A stretch of 64,000 nucleotides of DNA from a virus (Duplodnaviria > Caudoviricetes), in the IMG/VR virus record IMGVR_UViG_3300020112_000604, positions 96,001-160,000 of that record, one strand, 5' to 3'. The position numbers and the translations under genes are program-made. Positions 57,072-64,000 of the stretch are shown one piece after another. The notes under the pieces are model-generated. The model saw only the letters and a program-made list of their open reading frames with translations, did no database searches and was not told the origin of the DNA. Position 1 is the stretch's first letter. The number at the start of each line of letters is the position of its first letter.

Positions 57072-58808
57072 TTAAGCCTTGAGGTCATCTGCTGTGATAA
57101 CCTTCCATGAATGATTTCTGAAATCTGCTTCTACACTATCCTGATTCATGATATTGATATTAGCAAAGATTTCGTCTACTGATGCCTTTGGATGATCGAG
57201 AATCCACTGCTGTGAATCACTATTGCATCCCGCATTGATGTAGCAGCGTGTGTAAAGGATGATTGCATCCTCATCTGTAACGCCGGCTTCCTGAGCTTTC
57301 TTGATTGCTCGTGAGATTACATTACAATCGAATCTCCACTGTGTATCAACAGCCCAATCCTGAATAAGAAGTTCTGATATGAATCTTTCATCATCAGTGC
57401 CTTCTACAAGATAGAAGTTTTCCCAATAGTCATCAAGTTCTGGATCTGAGAATCCAGTATACTTAGCGAGTATTGAATTGAATCCTTCAGGGTTCTCGTC
57501 TCTTATCTGTTCGATAAGTTCTCTTCCGAGTTCTCCTCTAGCCTGAATTGCACCGAGTGAGCATGCACCGTTGTCATTCAGGTTTATAGTGTTGGCCTTT
57601 CCATAGGCGCCGATTTCAAACCATTTGTTAAATGAGAGACACTTCTGAATAAGTTCCATCGATGGTTCAGAAACGGATCCGGTGTTGGATCCGGCTGAAC
57701 TGGGTGTAACGTTTTCAGGTTTTACAGGTCCAACCATTTCTTCTGGTTCTGGTTCTGTGTTGACATATACCATTCCATATTCGTTAGGAATGTCTATGCC
57801 GATTTCAGGGTCGAGACAATTTACCGGACAACCGTTGTCTCTGATTTCATAGTGACAGTGGTCACCTGTTGATGAACCGGTAGTTCCTTCGTAGCCAATC
57901 TTCTGTCCCGCTTCTACGTAATCGCCTTCTGATACGTAGATTTCAGACATATGACCATAGTAGTACCAGTAGCCGTTATCTCCAACGATCTTTACATACT
58001 GACCGAATCCCTGATATGGGTCGTAAGGGTTTTCCCAGTCAGCATATTCTACATATCCTGGATGTGTTGCAAAGATTGTGTAGTCGCCCTGTGAGCACAG
58101 GTCAACTCCCCAATGGTAGATATTGTCTCCTCTGTATTCACCATAGATTGATGATACATAGAAGTCGCAATTGAAAGGCATCTGAGTCTTGCACTCTCTT
58201 GAGTCAGTTGCTTTGCCGCCGCCATCATTAGATGTCTCTAACGTAACTGTATAGATTGCATCTTCTGACAGGACATATTCTTTACCCTTAGTATCTATAA
58301 ATACCATATCCGAAATACTGAGGCTTGTACCTGTGCACCATGTAAATTCAAGTGTCATGGTATTGTCATCATCGACCCACATGTTAAGTGGTGATGACTT
58401 GGTTCCGATTGAATATGTAGTCCTTACGGACTGTTTACCTGCGACTTCTTTGTAATCTTTGCTGTCTACAGGAACACAATCGCAGAATGTTCTTGTAGCT
58501 TCTTCAGAGTTCTTATCTTCATATGTAAGGATACCCTGTGTACAGAATGCCTTATATTCAGGAAGTTCTGATGTGTTGACATCACAAGTGAACTTGATGC
58601 TTGCGATATCGATAGGTTTCGGATTTGCTGTTGGACATATTCCGCCAGTTGCGAAGAATGCCTCGTCAAGATCGATTACTAATGGATAGTATCCAATTTC
58701 TCCATCCATGTATTCACTACTTCCGTTGTAGTTACATACGTTGGATATCATTGTTAATCCCGTGATAGCTGCTGTTACCACACTAATTCTGTTCTTTGTT
58801 ACTGCCAT
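57072..58808 (-). CDS. secreted M23 peptidase with C-terminal lysozyme-like domain
   Basis: Hydrophobic N-terminus; M23 motifs HWGVD, YGHM and TGSSTGDHCHYE; C-terminal FEIG..NDNGACSLGAIQ lysozyme-like motif; early promoter at 58883-58890. Confidence 0.8.
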   Translation of the reverse strand: MAVTKNRISVVTAAITGLTMISNVCNYNGSSEYMDGEIGYYPLVIDLDEAFFATGGICPTANPKPIDIASIKFTCDVNTSELPEYKAFCTQGILTYEDKNSEEATRTFCDCVPVDSKDYKEVAGKQSVRTTYSIGTKSSPLNMWVDDDNTMTLEFTWCTGTSLSISDMVFIDTKGKEYVLSEDAIYTVTLETSNDGGGKATDSRECKTQMPFNCDFYVSSIYGEYRGDNIYHWGVDLCSQGDYTIFATHPGYVEYADWENPYDPYQGFGQYVKIVGDNGYWYYYGHMSEIYVSEGDYVEAGQKIGYEGTTGSSTGDHCHYEIRDNGCPVNCLDPEIGIDIPNEYGMVYVNTEPEPEEMVGPVKPENVTPSSAGSNTGSVSEPSMELIQKCLSFNKWFEIGAYGKANTINLNDNGACSLGAIQARGELGRELIEQIRDENPEGFNSILAKYTGFSDPELDDYWENFYLVEGTDDERFISELLIQDWAVDTQWRFDCNVISRAIKKAQEAGVTDEDAIILYTRCYINAGCNSDSQQWILDHPKASVDEIFANINIMNQDSVEADFRNHSWKVITADDLKA

Positions 58809-58968
58809 GATTTGGCCCTCCTTGATAAAAATGATTTAGATTATAGTGCATATGCGATTTCCTTGAACACATATACACTGTAATAATATACAAATGAAAT
58901 TTTGACATGAAAAATAAATTCCCCATAAGGGGAGGCCATCGGAAACAATTCCGATGACCTTTGTTTTA

Positions 58969-59328
58969 TTACATATTCTTTGATGTAAGGATACCCAAAT
59001 TAGTACCTCTTACATCCGCACTGTTATGTTCGAATACAGATTTGTCGTCATATGCATCAGTTGTATTGTTGTTTACAATCTTTCTGAGCATTTCAGTCAT
59101 CGTTTCAGAATTAGTGTATGTATTGATACGCAGCTCAGCAGCCTTTTGAACAAACTTCATAGCCACGTCCGTAAACTTACGACAATTCTCGAAATCGATG
59201 ATGAGAGCTTTGACATCAGATGTCAAGAAACGTAAATGCTCTGGATTACTGATATTGGCACTGATTCTGATGAATGGTTTTGACTTAAGGTTTTCCATTG
59301 TTCTGCCATTGATAAGTGAAATATTCAT
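58969..59328 (-). CDS. hypothetical protein
   Basis: Likely start MNISL after GAAAGGAAG. Confidence 0.55.
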   Translation of the reverse strand: MNISLINGRTMENLKSKPFIRISANISNPEHLRFLTSDVKALIIDFENCRKFTDVAMKFVQKAAELRINTYTNSETMTEMLRKIVNNNTTDAYDDKSVFEHNSADVRGTNLGILTSKNM

Positions 59329-59357
59329 ATTGAAACTTCCTTTCTTAACCTGCAGAT

Positions 59358-59903
59358 TTATCTGCATGAAGTTGAACCAAATCCTCCGACTCTTGATGCT
59401 GTTACCGCGAACTCGTCAACACAAAATACTTCTTCGAAGACACCCTGGCAAATAGGTTCGTTAACTTCGAATGACTTGTGTTCTTCAAGTCCATTAGGTG
59501 TTAAGCAGATGTAGATATGACCTTCGTTATCCGCATCAGCATAATCGCTATCTACAATTCCTGTAGAATTCGATAATACCCATCCTTTCTTTGTACCAGT
59601 GCTGCTTCTTACGAAAAGCTTAAGTACGAAGAGTCTTAAATTGCCCATAGAATCTGTAACAGGATACGGAACAAATCTGAGTCCTGTCGGGAGTTTAATC
59701 TGACCCTTAACCATCATGCCTGGGTAAACGTCATATGGAACCGCAATGTCGTAACCTGCTGAACCAGCTGTTGCTCTTGTCGGAATTACGATGCTATCGT
59801 ATTCCTGACGAATTCTTCCATCAGTGATGCTAGGGTCCATCTTTCTTCTTGCTTTCTTGTACTCATTAAGAGTAACCTTTTCAAATCTTCCTACACTAAT
59901 CAT
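59358..59903 (-). CDS. dut: trimeric dUTPase
   Basis: All five motifs present: SAGYD, RSS, GIVDSDY, ICQG, RVGGFGST. Confidence 0.95.
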   Translation of the reverse strand: MISVGRFEKVTLNEYKKARRKMDPSITDGRIRQEYDSIVIPTRATAGSAGYDIAVPYDVYPGMMVKGQIKLPTGLRFVPYPVTDSMGNLRLFVLKLFVRSSTGTKKGWVLSNSTGIVDSDYADADNEGHIYICLTPNGLEEHKSFEVNEPICQGVFEEVFCVDEFAVTASRVGGFGSTSCR

Positions 59904-59916
59904 GGTTTAGTCCTCC

Positions 59917-60471
59917 TTAAAATGGTATACGGAATTCATCGGGTATCTTGGCAATCTCCACTCTAGGGATTCCTGTACCAAAGTACCCACGGTCGGTTAA
60001 TAAATCTGTCAGGTCTTTTACAAAGTACCCGAAGATATACGGTAATGCAAATGATGGGTGTAAATTAGAATCTCTCTGTTCAATCAGTTTATGATAGTAC
60101 TGAATGGCAGGTGAATCCTTATTACCCAGGTCGCTGTAATCAAGCATCGTATCTAACAGATTAGGATAATCCCAATAGTCTGTTAAAAACTTTTCGATTG
60201 ACTCAGACATGTCATCTGTAATCTGTGCACACAGATTACCAATTTTGTAATAGCACGTCTTATCCCAATGCATCTGTGCTTCACTACGTTCTGCCATAGA
60301 TGATGAGTAGCTATAGAATGTTTCGGGATATTCAGATGCTAAACGAATCGATGCAGATTCGCTCATTGCTGAGATTAGAAATTCTACAATATCAACCTCG
60401 GTGAGATCGACGTCAATTTTACAGTGGTTCATAAGGTGATCCACTAAATAAAAATATTCCGGACAGATCAT
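59917..60471 (-). CDS. early hypothetical protein
   Basis: Early promoter at 60498-60505; AGGAGG RBS. Confidence 0.7.
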   Translation of the reverse strand: MICPEYFYLVDHLMNHCKIDVDLTEVDIVEFLISAMSESASIRLASEYPETFYSYSSSMAERSEAQMHWDKTCYYKIGNLCAQITDDMSESIEKFLTDYWDYPNLLDTMLDYSDLGNKDSPAIQYYHKLIEQRDSNLHPSFALPYIFGYFVKDLTDLLTDRGYFGTGIPRVEIAKIPDEFRIPF

Positions 60472-60568
60472 AATTCAATCGTCCTCCTTTCACTATTATA
60501 ATATATAAGTGAAAAGCTGACTAAAATAAGACGGGAGTACCGTTAAGTACTCCCGCAAAAGGTTGTTA

Positions 60569-61351
60569 TTAGAATGGTGATTCGTCGTCAAAATCTCCTA
60601 AGAGAGCTGATACGTCGTCGATTTCTTCTGGTGCTGAACTTGCACGTCCGCTGTTGCTGCCGCCGCTTGGGTTCATGTTGAAGAATGATGCGTTAGACTT
60701 GGATGCTTTACCGCCTGAAGAAACTCCGAGTTTGCTTGCGATATTGTTGAGTGTTTCATATGTGTGCTTTGAACTGCTGAAGTACATAGCATCAACAACT
60801 GAGTATGCTGTAGCTGAGCATGAAGCCTTGTAGAATTCATAGAGATTTGTCTGAAGCATTCTGAGTTCAAATGCTGCATCCATGTCCTCGGTGCTGAATG
60901 TGTTTGTGTCAAGATCGAAGTTTGTAACACCCTTATAGAATCCTGTTGAGAATTCGTATGTAACGATTCCTTCGATTCCGGATGGTGAAGCGTTGCCGAT
61001 TACGAGAAGATAAGCATCGCCCTTCTTTGTGATAGTGATGAGTCTTGTATCGTTTGATACTGTTACGCCGTATGATGAGAAGTCACCGTTGATAAGCTTG
61101 TCAATACCGTCAGCAAGGAGCTTTGCCTTTGCCGGTGTAACGAAAGCGTAGTTGCCGTTCTTGTCGTCATACTTAACGAAGTTCTGTGAATTGTTTTCAT
61201 CCTTTGGCTGGATGTGGAGCTTCATAAGACCTTTCCAGTATGTGATAGCAATTCTGGATGCACCTGAAGCTGCTGCAGGATTTGCGAATGAGTAACCGCC
61301 GTATACGGTTGGTCTGTAGTCCTTTTCTGTGTTGTTTGAATTAAAAGCCAT
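60569..61351 (-). CDS. putative single-stranded DNA-binding protein
   Basis: Likely start MAFNS; G/S-rich linker and SSB-like acidic tail DFDDESPF. Confidence 0.55.
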   Translation of the reverse strand: MAFNSNNTEKDYRPTVYGGYSFANPAAASGASRIAITYWKGLMKLHIQPKDENNSQNFVKYDDKNGNYAFVTPAKAKLLADGIDKLINGDFSSYGVTVSNDTRLITITKKGDAYLLVIGNASPSGIEGIVTYEFSTGFYKGVTNFDLDTNTFSTEDMDAAFELRMLQTNLYEFYKASCSATAYSVVDAMYFSSSKHTYETLNNIASKLGVSSGGKASKSNASFFNMNPSGGSNSGRASSAPEEIDDVSALLGDFDDESPF

Positions 61352-61475
61352 AGTAATGTACCTCCTAAGATTTTTCATATATGATTAAAAAGATTCGATT
61401 ACATAATCTATGTAATTACTTTATAGTTTACACTGGTGTAAATTTTAACTTTTATATAAATTGGAGGTGGGCATT

Positions 61476-63683
61476 ATGATGCAATTGCAGACACAGATGG
61501 CCGTTGACCCTCGGTTCGCACAATGCGCTACCTGGACAGCGGACTATTCTACTAGAAATAAATCTTTCCTAGCTATGCACTTCTACTTAAAGAAGAAGGG
61601 TCTGAAGAACAACAACTTCATGCTTATGCTTTTTGACCAGGGACTGATCGGAGTAGATCCGTTTGATCCGAATCTTTCCCCGCAGTTTAAAGCTAGAATC
61701 CTTATAGAGGTTCAGCGTAACTTCTGGTACTTTATACGAGAAGTAGTTAGAATGATCAGCGCCGGTGGTGCGCCGTGTTCATTCCGTCTTGACCCAGCCA
61801 ATATGGCTATGTCATACTTATTACAGTATTCAATCAATGTATACGAAGAGATCCCTCGTCAGTGCGGTAAAACACTTCTCGTTGCTGCTTGGTATCTATG
61901 GATTTATAACTTCCGTTCACGTTCATCGAATATAGTATTCCTGAACAAGAAGATGGAAACGACAAAGGAAAACTTGGAACGTCTTAAGACTCTGAGAGAC
62001 AACCTTCCAGACTATCTTAAGATGGATGCGGTATACGACGCTCAGGGTAAGCCATTAAAGGCTGCCAGCACCGTAGAATATATCAAGAATCCTATCAATA
62101 AGAATATGATTAAGTGTTTACCATCAGCTACATCTGATGGTGCAGCTTCAAACCTGCTTAGAGGTAAATCTCTTTCAGGTCTGTGGATCGATGAAGCGGC
62201 CTTCATTCCACATCTTAGAACTATTCTTATCAACGGTATGCCGGCCTTACGTACATCTATGGACCAGTGTGCTATGAACGGTGCACCACACGGTATCATA
62301 TACACATCGACACCGGGTTCTCTTAAGGACGAAAACGCTGCATACTTCAACGACTTACGTCTTAGTATGACACCATTCCAGGAAGCATGGTATGAACTTC
62401 CAGCAGAAGAGCTCTTCAATATCATCAAATGCAATACGAAGAGTTCATTCGTTTACGTTAAGTTTGAATACCAGCAGCTCGGTAAATCTGAACAGTGGTT
62501 CAAGGATAACTGTAAGGAAATGTCTTATGACTATGCAGGTATCCGTCGTGAAATTCTGCTTATGTGGGAAGCTGCTTCGGATAACTGTCCATTCAGCAAG
62601 GAACAGCTCGATATCGTTCAGCAGTATACAAGAACTCCTACTAAACAGATGCTCGTATTTAACCGATATGCTATCAACTGTTACAAGGAATTCAAGTCTC
62701 AGTTTGAATTATACAACTCACAGTTCGTAGTAGGTTGTGACGTTGCTGCAGGTACACAGCGAGATGCTTCTACAATGGTAGTACTTGATGCAAGAACAAG
62801 TGAACTCGTACTTGAATTCAACTGTAACTACATCAGCACCATAGAGTTTGCTAAGGTTATCATAGAAGTCGTCTCGCATTGGCTTCCTATGGAACGAACG
62901 TTGGTTACTGTCGAACGAAACGGCGTCGGGCATGGTGTATTGGCGAAACTTATTAACTCGCCGATTAAACGATGTCTATACTATGAAATCAAAGAAAAGG
63001 TTGTTGAAGAACGTGGTGATGCTGGAAGAATGCGTAAGTTCTCTGAAATGGTTAAGTCATATGGTCTATACAACGTTAACGAAGTTCGTTACGACTTAAT
63101 GGACTTACTTGCTAACAGAATCGAAAACTATCCGCATCTTATCACTTCTAAGATAATGCTGGACGAAATTCGCGGACTTGAACGTAAGAAGGGTGACAGA
63201 ATAGAGCACTCTAACGTATCACACGACGATACATTATTCGGATATCTCTTAGCGTTATATCCTCTCTACTATGGTAAGAAGGTTGCTGAACGTTGGCACT
63301 TACCACCGGCTAGATTTAAGACCCTCGACCCAGAAGGCGAAGATATGATGCTTGATGATGAAGAGACCGCAACAGAGCGGTTCTGTGTTGCTCAAAAACT
63401 TGCCGAGGACGCAACTCTCGATAAGTTCGAGCATCTTAATCTCAAAGAATCAATCGAATACGTTAAGGGTCCTAAGAGTATGTCAATCGCCGAATACACC
63501 GCTCAGCAGCGAGCAGCTGATGAAGAAGATATTCGTCGTCAAGTTTCTACTAAGCTTGGACGACAAGCTTATCAGAATACATATCATATATCAGACGATT
63601 GTATGACTGCGCAGTATGGCGATGTAAACAATCAGTGCATTCCTATGGACATATTCACCGACTTCTATAAGTATAACGACTAA
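61476..63683 (+). CDS. terL: terminase large subunit
   Basis: Walker A PRQCGKT, Walker B WIDEAAF, coupling motif TSTP, nuclease motifs GCDVAAG, VERNGVG and HDD; late promoter at 61447-61459. Confidence 0.92.
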   Translation: MMQLQTQMAVDPRFAQCATWTADYSTRNKSFLAMHFYLKKKGLKNNNFMLMLFDQGLIGVDPFDPNLSPQFKARILIEVQRNFWYFIREVVRMISAGGAPCSFRLDPANMAMSYLLQYSINVYEEIPRQCGKTLLVAAWYLWIYNFRSRSSNIVFLNKKMETTKENLERLKTLRDNLPDYLKMDAVYDAQGKPLKAASTVEYIKNPINKNMIKCLPSATSDGAASNLLRGKSLSGLWIDEAAFIPHLRTILINGMPALRTSMDQCAMNGAPHGIIYTSTPGSLKDENAAYFNDLRLSMTPFQEAWYELPAEELFNIIKCNTKSSFVYVKFEYQQLGKSEQWFKDNCKEMSYDYAGIRREILLMWEAASDNCPFSKEQLDIVQQYTRTPTKQMLVFNRYAINCYKEFKSQFELYNSQFVVGCDVAAGTQRDASTMVVLDARTSELVLEFNCNYISTIEFAKVIIEVVSHWLPMERTLVTVERNGVGHGVLAKLINSPIKRCLYYEIKEKVVEERGDAGRMRKFSEMVKSYGLYNVNEVRYDLMDLLANRIENYPHLITSKIMLDEIRGLERKKGDRIEHSNVSHDDTLFGYLLALYPLYYGKKVAERWHLPPARFKTLDPEGEDMMLDDEETATERFCVAQKLAEDATLDKFEHLNLKESIEYVKGPKSMSIAEYTAQQRAADEEDIRRQVSTKLGRQAYQNTYHISDDCMTAQYGDVNNQCIPMDIFTDFYKYND

Positions 63684-63693
63684 AAAAAATAAA

Positions 63694-63720
63694 GTAGGGT
63701 AGGCTTGTAGCCTACCCTAC
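63694..63720. terminator. bidirectional terminator of the GTAG/CTAC family
   Basis: GTAGGGTAGGC-TTGTA-GCCTACCCTAC between convergent genes. Confidence 0.8.
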
Positions 63721-63725
63721 TATTA

Positions 63726-64000
63726 TTAGTCTAACTGTTCGAACACGTGGTCGTCATTAACGATGACATGGTGTTCGCAAATCCTGATGATTTCTGGACG
63801 GTGGGTGATTACAAGTAAAGTATTCTTGCAATTCTTATCCAGAAGATTTACAGCAATCTTTTCCGTTGCATCATCGAGGTTTGATGTAGGCTCATCGAGA
63901 ATGATGAGACAATCATCGTCGCATTCGCGCATCTTAAGGATTGTACGAACTATATTTATCCTCTGCTTCTGTCCAGACGATACTTTGCTGCCTCTTTCGC
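63726..64000 (-). CDS. ABC transporter ATP-binding domain (C-terminal part; continues past the window)
   Basis: ERGSKVSSGQKQR signature, Walker B IILDEPTSNLD, H-loop ITHR. Confidence 0.85.
   Translation of the reverse strand, partial: ERGSKVSSGQKQRINIVRTILKMRECDDDCLIILDEPTSNLDDATEKIAVNLLDKNCKNTLLVITHRPEIIRICEHHVIVNDDHVFEQLD

Overview
This 64 kb window is an AT-rich, gene-dense segment of a jumbo myophage genome in the phiKZ/AR9/PBS1 group. It carries three split multisubunit RNA polymerase beta' fragments (virion and non-virion sets), a probable AR9-gp226-like promoter-specificity subunit two genes from a GroEL-like chaperonin, a family B DNA polymerase catalytic part, primase, terminase large subunit, prohead protease, baseplate-like genes, dUTPase and a dNMP kinase. 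Two promoter classes can be read from the sequence: early TATATTAT and late AAC[A/T]-N6-TAA. Strong GGAGG ribosome-binding sites and two secreted dockerin proteins suggest a cellulosome-type Ruminococcus/Oscillospiraceae host (inference). The most unusual signals are: (1) a promoter-driven non-coding array at 16.15-16.70 kb with five ~110-nt units, each a GACATTTTCA-like motif, an anti-start-codon/anti-Shine-Dalgarno tract and a two-tier hairpin, plus a similar solo unit at 26.4 kb; (2) phage-encoded dockerin proteins; (3) a 7-member paralog family with conserved N- and C-terminal tags around variable cores; (4) a kissing-loop/pseudoknot 5' leader present at two early promoters. All calls come from reading motifs by eye; no database searches were run. 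A few 1-nt frameshifts may be assembly errors.
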